A stretch of 61,858 nucleotides of DNA, counting the filler, from Nemertoderma westbladi (Eukaryota; Animalia; Xenacoelomorpha): assembly GCA_032718475.1 (NCBI GenBank). It is 3 parts of 3 records of this genome, joined end to end, with 100 filler letters (N's around TTAATTAATTAA, not from the genome) between each part and the next. Parts side by side here need not be neighbours in the genome. Positions count along the whole stretch, not along the records: positions 1 to 31,089 come from JAUCBJ010003446.1; 2 more parts are not named here. One strand, given 5' to 3'. Below the pieces are notes generated by a model that saw nothing but the letters and a program-made list of their open reading frames with translations, did no database searches and was not told the DNA's origin. The translations under genes were made by a program, and so were the position numbers. Numbering within the stretch: position 1 is the stretch's first letter; the number at the start of each line of letters is the position of its first letter. Below are positions 1 through 13,400 of this stretch, piece by piece.

Positions 1-1002
1 TCCAATGGACTTTGGTTTGGTTCTTAACCAATACGTCACTTGTTCTAATAATAAATCTCATTAGTTCCAATGTACTTTAGTTCCACATCAAAACGTACTT
101 CAGTTCTAAAGCAAACGTGTGTTGTTATAATCTGGGCGTCAGTAGTTCTAAATGTAATGCCCGAAATCGACAATTTATGTATACAAATTTCAGTAAGAGG
201 TAATTGGCAACCATATTTGATTGTGATTGTTGTTTATATGTGGCTTGGATAACTTATAACTTATCATGTTTGCTCTGTTTGTCTTCCTTGTTACCATGCA
301 TAACAAAATACATATTTTGTATTCAGCAAGGGATATATTTATAGAGATCATATTGTCTTATCTTAGCAACATATTGACTTTATAACAATCAACATATTAA
401 TATTGATTGTTAAAAAGGAAGTAAATAATTAAGAACTAATTAAGGATGCAATTCATCTTGTTTCGGCGAATTAACAATTATGGAAACGAACCCGGTTCCT
501 TTGGAAACCATTTTCTATCAAAAACAATATAGCAAAGCCAATAGTACATGTAAAAGTTGTATTTTTGCTAGTAATCAGATGTTATAGAAATTTGTGGGAG
601 AAATACAGAGTGATTGATGTTAATTTTACAATTTATATTCGGAATGATATTGCTAAGTGCCCATCATTTTCCATTTTCAAATCAAGATGCGAAATATTCT
701 ATAGGATCTTACAACCCGAAACACCATTCCCTTCAGAATCACAGAAATAAATCAAATATATTTATAAATTTGACGATATATTTTAGAATAACTGACGCTT
801 AGAACAACTTGTGCGCAATTAAGTCTAAGCGGTTATTCAATTGGAATTAATGATGTTCACAATTTGAACTACTGTCGCTGTGATTAGAACTATTGGTGTA
901 TTCCGGTTTGGGACAAATGCCGTCCAGTTTAAAACTTAGGAATTAATGACGTTTATGGTTAGAACTACTGACTGACACCTCCATTGGAACTAATGAAGTA
1001 TC
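1..1002. mobile_element. Non-autonomous TIR element with inverted subterminal repeats (left end just outside window)
   Basis: tccaatgga, cattagttccaatg and cagtagttcta at 1-150 are mirrored by tagaactactg and cattggaactaatg at 960-1002. Confidence 0.55.
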
Positions 1003-1261
1003 AAAAATATAATGTAAGTATAGTAAGTAAAATTATAGTTGCAAGTTAAAAATATAGTAATGTATTGGTTTCCTGCCGGTCCTGTTTTGTTCAATGGTTA
1101 TAACGAACAAGAGTAATTACTCCTAAATGTTAAAAGCATGGCAATTTTAATTGTTATATTTATCTTTGCAATTTTAATATTATTTGTAAACGATGTTTTA
1201 TTTATGATTTTCTTTATTACTCTTAGCTTAGATTTCTTGCTGTAAATAATTATTTTTTTAG

Positions 1262-1423
1262 GGAGGGGAATACACATCACAGGCCAGTCCACTATGTATC
1301 AGCACAACAACACCATGTGACCCAGCTGGGGAACATTGTATCCTGGCAAACATTGACTACAATACTTGGAGTGAGTGGCTGCCATGGACACAGTGTTCAT
1401 CAACATGTGGTGGAGGTTTTCAG
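1262..1423 (+). CDS. Exon: Cys-rich segment plus first half of a TSP1 repeat
   Basis: tttttttag|GGA...TTTCAG|gtaaaa; translates GGEYTSQASPLC...TWSEWLPWTQCSSTCGGGFQ (WSxWxxW-CSxTCG TSP1 motif). Confidence 0.9.
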
Positions 1424-4400
1424 GTAAAATTATATCAAGCATGTTAATTGGAGAACGACCCAAATGAAAGAGGACAATGGGCTCCAATGTAATTTGTAAC
1501 ATAATTTGTAGCCAAGCTGAAAAAGTTTTATTCAGGGAAAAAAATCCCCAAAATGAAACAAAAGTCGCCTAGGACACTTTTTGAACATATTAAATTTGAA
1601 AATGTTGGAGCTATGCAGTATGCACGCACATATGGCAGAGCAATGCCCCATATATTTTATAAAAACTAACATTTTCATATTTCAATAGTCCTGTTAAATT
1701 CGGGACCCAGAAATAACGATGTAATCGACATATAAAATTTGCATAATGCATCCCAATTATTTCATCCAGGAATGGTGAGAAAAAATATTATGAAATATTA
1801 TTTAGTTTATTTTTATTTTTAGGAAAGACAACGCGAATGTCCTGGGAAATGTTTAGGAAAGGGCGAAGAATTTGAGTCATGCGGCTCAGATCCCTGCGGA
1901 AAATGGAAGAATATAGACGAGAACCCAGACTGTGACGCTGAATGTGGTCTGGGAAGTAGGATGTTTGTAAGAGAATGTTACATTGGTGACAATGTTGTTG
2001 ATGACTCACAGTGCACTGCGCTGGGACCAAAGATCATTACAATAGACTGCTACTCCGTGGAGTGTAGTGGTAGGTGTAGGTGTATAAACGGTTACATTGA
2101 AACATATCGCGACATGAAAAATATCGAGAGTAAAAATATCGAACACACTAGCTAGTACCATATAAACCAAGGTGTACTAAATAACAGGTCATGCAGCGAG
2201 CGGATTTCTGAAATTTACGTGGGCCGATCTTTTCCCTGTTTATGGCACTTTTTTCATAATATTTCCTTAGGAACTTCTTTTATGCTACTTTTATTAGGTG
2301 GCTATAATGACTAGGGTTTATAGAAATGTAATAAAAAGTGTTTCTGGAATTTTTATCTTGTAGTTGCCAAGGTAACCGGATGCGCCTGTAATTCAAGACG
2401 ACGAGGGATTATGTTCTTGTGATTTGGTAAAGGGAATGAAATTCTATCAGAATAATTTACATTAAATTTTTTTTTTCAATTCCGTTTCCATGGTGATGGG
2501 TATTATGATAATTTGCCATTATGACCGCCAGTGAGAAATTTGGCTACTATTTACTATTTATTTCATTGACATGCCTGGTGGCTGTCCTTTGTTTCTAATA
2601 ATTGCAAACCGAAATTTAATATTCTGAAATGTAAAAAACATGCTGTCACAAGTCTTTCTATCTGATTGGACAGTTTTGGTTATTGTCACATATTGACCCT
2701 CATAACTTATTTACTTATTTACTTATTCACAATTTACTATTTATAAAATAAAATGTTGGCAATGTTAACTTACTATTTGACTGACAAACCGAATAAAAAT
2801 GGTGTTTTATAGATTTGGTAGACTTTGATTCAGATTTGCCATTGTACTTATTACCATGACAACGGGTATGTAAACAAATTCAAGTGTAAAATATTTTGAT
2901 AGACTTTTATTCCCTTTAATCACCTACCAAATCTCAAGAACAGAATCCCTCGTCGTCTTGAATTACAGGCGCGCAAAGTTTGAACTTTGGACCTTGTTAC
3001 CTTGGCAGCTACAAGATAAAAATTCCAGAAATACTTTTTTTATATTTCTATAAATCCTAGTCATCATATCCATCTAAGAAAAGTAGCATAAAAGTAGTTC
3101 CTAAGGAAATATTATGAAAATAGTATCATAAATAGGGAAACGATCGGCCCACGTTAATTTCAGCAATCCGCTCGCTGCATGACCTGTTATTTAGTACACC
3201 TTGATATAAACTAAAATAAACATTGTTTTTGTAAAACACTAGCTACCAATTAAAATGTTAGGAAACTATATATAATAAATAACATATAATATAATATATA
3301 ACTATATAATATTTGAAATAAAATGTGTGAATAAAAATGTAGTAGCTAGTAGTATGTAAGAATATTATTGTAACAAACTAATGGAAAGAAATAATACTCA
3401 ATCCTCAGTAAGAGAATATTTCATTGACATATGTGCTGCATTCACTTTTTCTTACTTCTAACCTGCTGGCTGCTGCCCTTAATTTCGTATTACTAATATA
3501 ATAAAGATCACTATAATTAATATAAATTTGAAGAATAACGTATTAGAGTTGGAAAGCGAATTGGAAGCGGAAGTATAATAAATTGGAACAGAAGAATCGA
3601 ATATCTAAACCAGTTAAAAACATCGAATAGAATCGGTCACACTGGGAAATGGATCAGCAGAGCGTGATTAATATTTCCGACACCATTATCTCAGACGACC
3701 CCACAGAGGCTCTTCTTCGGCGGAGTAGAGCTAGACCAATCGGATATTACTTCACTCGAAGGTTCAAACTGGCTCACTGGTACAATTATCGAATCTATCA
3801 TCAAGTTCTTCTGCAGCGAATCATTAACCATGCGTTCATGGGTGTTCAACCCCCAGTTCATTCACACCTATCGCAGTCGTGGATATAAGGCAATTGAGAC
3901 CTGGACATCCCAGGCTGATCATCCGCTCTTCTACAACTACCTGTTCTTCCCGATCCTCGTTCATAGTAAATCCGAGGGACAGCTGAACCACTGGTGTCTT
4001 GCAGTGCTCAAACCACATGAAAAGAGTATCAGATATTTCGACTCGCTTGCAGGTTTTGACCAGGAGGTCATTGACCTGATCTCGGACTGGACTTTAAAGG
4101 AAGCAGTCAAGGTAGGTTTGGGCAACTTCAATATCACCGCATCAGCAGAAATACATCAACCAATTCAGGACAACGGTTACCAGTGTGGTGTCTACGTGTG
4201 TCAGTACGCAAAAGCCTTGCTAAATAATGGTGGCATCTCAGGGGTCAATGACCAATCAACTGCTGGACTCAGGGTCAATCTGCTGCAGCTTATTAAAGAC
4301 CGTAACCAGCCGCCAGAAGCCACACTGCCAGAAGACACATCACCAGAAGCCACTCCGCTAGAAGCCACAATGACAGATACCACAACGCCAGAAGCCACAT

Positions 4401-7400
4401 CACGCCAGACCCTAACTCCCACAGTATCTTTCGCTGCACACAGCATCGATCACCAACCCAAACCCACCGGAATATGTAGCGAGAACAATGTCAGTTCATG
4501 TGACGCCACTGGAAAGTTTCCGTGCCCAGTATGTGGCCGTATGTTTGCTCGGACTGTCAATAACGGTCGGCTTCGCCCACACAGTCCGCATGGCAACCAG
4601 TGTACGGGATCTGGATCATTGCTCACACCAGCTGAAACTCTTACTGTTACTAGCCAATCAGGTCATCCCGAAACGGCGCCTGGCCTTTCCTCGTCATCCT
4701 CCAGAGTAAGCCTACTGGAAAAGTTGCTTGGAAACCGCCAGAGACAAGTGAAACATGTTCCCAGAGGATCTCGGAGCAATCTAGCTGATCTTCTACGAGA
4801 GATTATGGAACTCCATCACTTCCGATCCGACAAATGAAGACAGTTGGGAAAGATTGCTTATGGTGGGACACGCCTGCCTTGCTGTACCAAAGCGTGGGGG
4901 TAGAAGGCACCAAAAGTCGTTAGCTAGTATAATAAACCAACGCATCGTTGCATATCGTACAGGCTGCGTGAACCTTGAGTCCGAACCCCCACGTCAGTCC
5001 CGAACAAATGCTAGGAAGAGAGATGACTTAACTCGCTTGGCAACCTTGGTGGCAGAGAAAATTGATGAGGGTGATGTAAAGGGAGCGATAAGGCTTGCCT
5101 CCTCAACAGATACCATGGCCCCTAACAACTCTGAGACTGGAGAAATTGAAGTCCAAACATCCACCTTGCCCTCCTGACAGACGACAACTACCACCGATGA
5201 CTGAGAGCCTCGCCCCTCCGGCCACCCCTGACATCATCAGAAAATTAATTAACTCCTTCCCCAACGGAAGTGCTGGAGGTCCAGATGGAATACGACCACA
5301 AATTTGTTAAAGACCTTATAAGCCCATCCACTGGAGAATCTGGATCCCGTTTGCTCAGAGCGCTCTGCAAACTCATTGACTGCATCATTGACGGCAAAAC
5401 ACCAGCCTCAGTCTGCCCGACCGAATTCGGAGCACACTTGTTTGCCTTCGTGATGCCAGGGAAGATCAGACCTATAGCAGTAGGCAACTCGCTGCGGCGG
5501 CTCTGCTCTAAATACGCCGGACAAATAGCAAAGGAGAAGCGGTGCAACTCGTATGGAATTGTGCAGTTAGGTATCGGCACCAAGAATGGTGCTGAGGCTG
5601 TCGCACATGCGACTAGGTCAATGACCACCGCCACTAATGATTGGTGCTGTTGAAGGTAGACTTTAGCAACGCATTTAATACTCTCCGGCACGACTCATTC
5701 CTTGAACATATTTATGATCACACACCAGTAATATACAACTATGCACTTTCAGCATATGGAACCAGCAGCCACCTCATCTACGCAGACACCGTACTATCTT
5801 CTGAAGAGGGCCTTCACCAAGGCGACCCAGAGGGGCCATATATATTTGGCGACACTGTCAACCCACTGGCCCAGTCAATGGAGTCAAACTTCAACATGTG
5901 GTATCTGAATGATGGAAACCAAGCTGACCAGTACCCCGTTGTGCTCGCGGATCTGCAAAAGATAATGTCGGAAGGTGCTGCACTAGGTCTCAGAGTAAAC
6001 CCCTCCAGGTGTGAGCTATATTTCCTGGGTAATGTTCCACCAGTTGATCGCCAACGGATAGAGAACGAATTTGACGCCATATGCCCAAGTATCAAGTTCC
6101 CACCAACAGAGGATCTAATCATGCTAGGCACGCCCATTGGTACTAATACAATCAAAACGTGCCTGAATAAGAAAGTCAGCAACCTCACAACACTAAGTAG
6201 TCGTCTCCACCTACTTGACAACCACCATGGCTTCTTCCTCCTGAAGAGCTCCATCTCTATGGCTTATGTATTTCCTTCGGTCTGCCCCATGTTTTTCATT
6301 TCCGGAGCTACTTGATGACTATGATAAGACGCTGCGCAGCGCACTGGAATCCGTTTCCAACACCCGGATTAACGACTCAGCTTGGAAGCAAGCATGCCTG
6401 CCAGCCCGGATGGGAGGCCTCGGTATTAGTTCAGCCACATTGCTCGCACCACCTGCCTTCTTGGCATCCGTGGCTGTGTGAGGAACTCTCTAGCCGACTC
6501 TTCACCGCTTCTCAGCGCAGCCCAGACCAAACATTGGAAATCGCAATGGATCTATGGAAATCCTCAATCACACCGGAATCAGTGCCACCAACTAGCACCA
6601 ACCAGAAATCTTGGACAACACCAATCCACGGAGTCAACCTTGCTTCACTTCACACCTCCGCCTCACCCCCCGATATTGCCCGGCTCAACTCGGTGGAAGA
6701 CCCAACCGCAGGTTGTTGGCTCGATGCTATTCCAAGTTCTGCTTTGGGCATCAAGTTAACGGATGCTCAGTTCAGGATCTCCATCGCGACCAGCCTCGGA
6801 TGCCGGGTTACCGAGCCCCATGAGTGTACCAGGTGTGGCACTGCTGTTGAAGCTCATGGCCTACACGGACTCTCGTGCCAACAAAGTGCTGGCCAGTTGC
6901 CTCGCCACACAATGATCAATGAGATTGTAAAGCGGGCACTGGCCAGCTGTGTCGTACCATCCATCCTAGAACCACCGGGTCTATGCGAGGGGATGCCAAA
7001 CGAGTAGACGGGATGTCCCTAGTCCCCTGGTCCAGGGGCAAAACGCTGACATGGGACGCCACGGTTGTACACCCACTCGCCCAAAGCCACCTGGCAACAA
7101 GCATACATACCGGCGGACGTGCTGCTGAAAACCAGGAAACCCTCAAGATCAGGAAATATCAGGAGCTCATTGACCATGGTTTCCTGTTCACGCCAGTCGC
7201 CTTTGAAACGTTTGGTCGCCCCGGTCCGGCAACAGAAGTTTTCCCGAAGGAGGTCGGTAGGAGGATACATTCATCGACACAGGATCCTCGCTCCCATCGT
7301 TTCCTGCTTCAGCGCATCGCGGTCGTAATAATCATTGGGAACTCGGCCGCAGTCCTCGGTACAGTTGAATCTCCGTCAGAGGGCCTATTCGATATCCTAG

Positions 7401-10400
7401 GCAGCTAGATAGCACTTCTTCGGGCACCTGTACTATATATATTTAATATACATTTTATTGTGATTTATGAACACTGAAAGTATAATAATAACTTTTATAA
7501 TATTTACCCACCGATTAAATTATATTATAGGTGGTTGATTGGATGTATGATCAAAAAATAAATAAAACAAAAATATATAACTTATTTTAAAAAATTATTG
7601 TTATAGCTATAGTTTTTGTAAAAACACTAGCTACCATAAAAATTTATTATACTTGCGATATTTTTACTCTCGATGTTTTTACTCTCGATATTTTTATTCT
7701 CAATATTTATACTCTCAATACTTTTACTCGCGATATTTCCGATATTTTTCATCTTGCGATATTTTTACTCTCAATATTTTTACTCGCGATATTATAGATA
7801 TTTTTCATCTTGCGATAATTTTACTCTCGATATTTATCAATACTCGATATTTTTACTCGCGATATTATAGATATTTTTCATCTTGCGATAATTTTACTCT
7901 CGATATTTATCAATACTCGATATTTTTACTCGCGATATTATAGATATTTTTCATCTTGCGATAATTTTACTATCGATATTTATCAATACTCGATATTTTT
8001 ACTCACGATATTTTTACTCTCGATATTTATCAATACTCGATATTTTTACTCACGATATTTTTACTCTCGATATTTTTACTCTCGCTATTTTTCTCTCTAT
8101 ATTTTTTTTGCTCACGATATTTTTACTCTCGATATATTTTAATCGCGATATTTTTCCAGTCTCGATATTTTTCACCAATACCATATAAACTGTTACTCAA
8201 TGACTATAGACTAATAATACAACACTAATAAAAATTGAATTAAGCTAGTATTATTTGGATTAATTTTATTATATTTATGTTGTTTCAGCTGCTTTACGAT
8301 TACGCGAATCAGCATCTGTTGGATCAGGAAAATTGGAAGTTTTTGATTATCACCTCAACGACTGGAGGTCAGTTTGTGGAGCTAATGTACCCAGTCAGGC
8401 AACAGCATTGAAGGCCTGCCATTTATTGGGTTTCTCTGACCTGGAAGCAGTTCAGTTAGATACTGGAAGCTCTGTGTTCGGATTGGTTGATGTTGATTGC
8501 TCAGGAGAGGAATTATCTTTTACTCAATGTTCACACCAAAGTATTACATATAAATCTGAGTGCAATGGACAGTCAGTAGCTTTATCTTGCTTAAGTAAGT
8601 ATTTAATACATACATCACATTTCGATATTAATTTCTGGAAGAATCCCCATTTTGATCGTTTCAACTTTTTTCAATTTTATAATAGTAATTATTCTACACA
8701 GTACAGAAAACAAGCAAAAATCTTTTATATAACACTAATGCTATATATATAAAATGCTCAGTTTGTCTGTTTGTACAGCTATATAAATCCATGTTGCATC
8801 TTTAATTTACTTTTGAATGTTGCAACTTTACTCGAAGTTTCGGAACCAGCACCACACCGGGGGTTGCAACACATTATTTTCCTGAAATTTACCAGCATTT
8901 TGTTCTTTATAGCACCATTTTATCGACAAAATTTACCCATAAATTGTAAAAATCTCTGCTGATTTGCTACCCCTAAATTGTAAAACCATTATTGGTCAAA
9001 AACGATTTAGATTAATTACAACAGCTTTATACATTTATTTATTACAGCTGTATAGATAACAATGCATAGTTACCCGAATTGAAAATACTGATTAAATCTG
9101 ACTAGTCTTACAAATAATAGCCATCTGCATTACTCATTAATTAAACTAGCAAGCTGTGCCTCATTTTTTTTAAATTAGGAAATATTTACCAATCCCATGT
9201 CAAATTTAATAATGTAATCAATGATTTACCAAACTTAGAAGGACTCTACATGTGATAGATAGTCACGTACTTGCTCAAAAACGAAAGTTCTCCGGAATTG
9301 TTATACTTTGTAAGGATTTATTATGTTGAATTAACGCACTCATTATGCAGGTATTTCAGAATTATCATAATTTCTACGTATTTCCTAAACTTTAGGAATA
9401 ATCCCTATACAATAAAATATATGATACGAGCATATTACTGCATGAAATTGCCCAACAAGTTGTTTCTCTTCTATAGGTGGTGACAAGTTCTTCCACACTT
9501 CCTGCATGTCACCAATTGATGTTGCGATTCCTGCACATACATCAATCTCGCTTGATGCTGCAACTACATTAACTTCAATGTCAGGATCTGAGTGGAGATG
9601 TACTCGTTTGAGTGGAGCCTTCCTTTTCTTAGAAATCGTCACTTTTCTGGCTGCTGATTTGGCCTCCTGAACCCGTTTTTTCTCTAAGAAGTCCATGGTC
9701 GTCGTAACTTCTGCCAACAGCTTGCATTTATGATGCTTTCATGAAAAAGCGCCTCCTTTTCTTTGGTTGATTTAGTTGGTGTTGGTTTTGGCTCAGCATC
9801 TTTTACCCATGAGTGGAGTCCACACCAACATCCACTTTACAGTATAACCAGCACCTGGCATTGGGTATTGAAGCAGTGGATCAGATGTTGGAAATGGTGG
9901 AGTTGAGGTCGTAGATACAGACAGAACTGTTGACGTTGATGCTGTTGATAACAACGAGCAGCGCACATTATCAATGGATAAGTTTGATTCTACATTGTGG
10001 AAATGCTAGTAGTGGGTCTGCACACAATGTCTGAAGTGTTCACTCTCTGGATCTTTGTGGGTGTTGCCTTTAAAAATTCGTTATATTCACCGTCATTCAA
10101 TTCTGGGCATCCCAGTGCCTCCCATTTGAGGTATTTCTTATATATTATTGGAATGAACCGTTTTACTGGATATTTTGTCTTATCCACAGGAATAATTCCA
10201 CAAGAGCTAAATCCAAAACAGCCTGTTGAACTCTGGTGGTGTTACTATATAGTATATACATTTGCATCTCAAGTGCTAAAAGATGGACGAATCAGCTTTA
10301 TGCATTGGTGAAAAATTGACATGTGAAATAGCGGCATCCTTTTACTTTGTGAAACCCGCTATATCATCTGTCTTAATGAAATTAGTTAAAAATATAATCG

Positions 10401-13400
10401 ATCTGAATGACATGGAACTGGGAGTAATGTGCAATTTTGTAGGAAGATATATGTGAGAGTTGATAGGTCTAAGTCGAAATGTGTGAAGTTTCGAAGAGTT
10501 GAATCGTTTTCTTTGCAGTCTTACAAATAATTCAATGAATCAAATACAGTTTTTTGAGTGACTGTGATGAATGTATTGATAGTGGACCCATGTATGGTCA
10601 GCCTAATATTGTGTCGCCCTTCCCTCCTAATATTGTTACCTACATATAATGATGTTTTATCAAATATTTATACTTATTACAATTTTTGTGATGGTGTGGA
10701 AATCACCAATTCACCTTGATTAAGAATCTTTGAATGAGGAGTCTGATAGTAATATTAGTAATTTGGATGATGATGTTAATATTTCTCATCATCATCATGA
10801 TAATGAATCTTTATGCACTGGTTCTGATTTTTTAATAAAGTCGTTTAAAACAATATTTCTTGATATTGTGACTGAACATCATATTACGGATTCTGCATCA
10901 AAGAATATCTTAGACTTAATTGCAAACTGCTTACCAATTCCTAATAGATGTCCAGGATTTGATGACCTGCATTTAAAATCCTATGATTTCAAATACATTT
11001 CAAATTAAAAAGCAGAGCTTTTCAATATTTATAAAACCTGTGCAATTCATAGCTGATCTACCTGCCAAAGCTGATGCATTAAATATATGCCACACAATGC
11101 TTACTTTGGGTGCCAATGGTGTTTATTTTGTGGCACTTATTCTCGTGAGTATTCAAAGGTGATTTTTCCAGTTGAAGACTTTCCATCAGAAATCGGAAAT
11201 AAGGAGTCAAATTATTTGTTAGCAAAAATTCAAACTTCATCAAAATCAGAGCAAGGTGTTAAGGTGTTTTAGCAATGCTGGGGGGGGGGGGGGAATCGGC
11301 CCCCCTAGAATAGAATAACTGTAAAACTGTACAGCCACATTATGTATATGCCCAATTTTTTTTGAGAATTAGCCAAATTTAATGGTGCACCTTTTGAAAA
11401 AAAAACATCGTCGCAGTTGGATGCCACCCAAAAAATTGATCCCCATCATAAATACTTTTAAATTTTCGAATTTTATAAGGTTTTCTTTAAGGTTATAACA
11501 TCATTAGTGATGTTTTGGGTTTTTTTATTGATTCTGATTGCAAAAGAGCACTCTACTGCTCTATACAAGTATGTGCGTGTATTGTTACGACATTTTTGAG
11601 GCACCAAAATTAGGGTGTGGCTCTACAAATTTTGAAATATTCAAGTTAAGGAAAATATGCCCAAGTTTTTTTTTCAATATTTCAATGCATTTTTATAGGT
11701 TTTCTGGACCGTTGAATCGATTGAAAGTAATAAAGAAGCCTGAAGTCTTAGTGGTACTTCATTTTTGGTGCACCAAAATTAGGGCGTGGCACTTTTTCAA
11801 AATTTAAAGTGCCACACCATAATTTTGGTGCACCAAAAATGACAAACCGATAAGTTATTTTACTCAATAAGCTATATTGCAGACTATTGCTATATATTGC
11901 AGAAAACAGGTATTTACATTAGGCCTTCATGACTGTTTAAACAGCAGTACAGCAGCAGACATGCATAGGCATACGCATACAGTTTTACATGGTACCGGCT
12001 GATGGCAGACTGGATCACACGCAATGAATGATGGTACAGCCGATTATCTGGCTGGTACTGTCACTGGGGGCAGTGCTAGGCCTAGGACTCCTGGTGGAGC
12101 AGGAGTCGTGCCGATGCAGATGGGTGAGGAGAGGAGTAAGACTACCGGTCGGGTGAATGAAAGCATAGTTATTGTGAACTCGTGTTTGGGTTTATTAATG
12201 CAAGGACTTTCTTCGAGTACATTTACAGTTACAGAAGAAATCTGCTTATAGCGTTTTACTAACAAGGAATTGTACAGTGCTAAAGTTACATTATATGAGA
12301 AGTTCGACAGAGAGACGAGGAATAGCGAGATACTGCTGCGCGGACTGCAGCATCTGCTAATCTCAGGGATATTTATGAAACACTAAAGGAGTTGGATGAG
12401 GCAGGAGAATTGCCGACCATCGCAATCTACTGCATGGAGGCCATGCGTCTTCCAAGGCCATCGGAGTACCGTACCGGGTTCGTCAGGGAGTCCGAGATAG
12501 AGAAGGAGGCTACAGTCTCGTTGATTAACGATAAAGTGGACAATCTGGAGAAGTACGTTAAAGACCGCTTGGAGGAGATGGAAACTAGGATGACTGATAG
12601 GCTGCTCTTACAGCTGAAGTCAGTTTCATTGGGTTCAGGAGCTGGTATCGGAAGCAGTCGCGGTCCTCTAATTCCACCGCCAACTTCCTATTCATTTAGG
12701 GATATCGCACATGAGTTAAATCATGGTTCTGGGGCAACACAAGGCCCACATAACAGTGTTTCTGGTGCTGCTTGGAGTCCATTGGTGATGCCATCTAAGG
12801 CATACACCCAGTCGCCTATAGGTAGCAATTAATGAGGATAGGGATCAGGAAAACGATGGTTTTACAGTGGTCTCATATCAGAAACAGCGCACTCCTCCAC
12901 CTCCGCAGAGACGTATGCATGAACAAGTAGTTGGTACGGGAGGCAGTGGAGCCAGCACTTATAAACTACGGGCTGCACCGTGCAATATTTTCATTTCTCA
13001 TCTCAGTAGTGATACAACGGCACAAGAAGTCGTGGATTGTGTCGCATTCAGTAAGATCAGAGTGGAGTTGAAGAACGTGGAGAGAAAGTCGCATGAGAAT
13101 GCAAAGATGAGTAGCTTCAAAGTTTCAATTCCGGGGAACTTCTCCTCCAAGGTCTTGGATCCGAGTATCTGGCCACAGGGTGTTTTCATACGGAAATGGA
13201 TGCATTCTTCCCGTCGTTCAGGTCCCAGGTTAGGCGCGGTCCTAGGCACGACCAGGGGAAATGCTCCTCATGGTCCAATGGGGAATGAGGAAGTTCATCC
13301 TAGTGGTGCCGTTTGGTGATCGTTTATGTTGTTTATTGTATAAATTTAGTTCAAGTAACCCTAACCAGTTTTCTCTATTAACTCTACAATGGCGTCCTCC

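Larger units (their letters stand above)
2090..8182. mobile_element. MULE-like non-autonomous element hosting nested insertions
   Basis: Imperfect GG..CC termini with aaaaatatcg repeats at left and the inverse cgatattttt array at right; flanked by gtataaac (2082-2089) and atataaac (8183-8190), an 8-bp TSD with 1 mismatch. Superfamily is inferred. Confidence 0.6.

Noticed and set aside
3830-4300. Host SENP/Ulp1 gene
   Set aside because: Intronless, frameshifted near the start, fused to retroelement sequence and located inside another gene's intron.
7653-7943. Tyr/Phe/Ser-rich ORFs
   Set aside because: Translation of the transposon subterminal tandem repeat.
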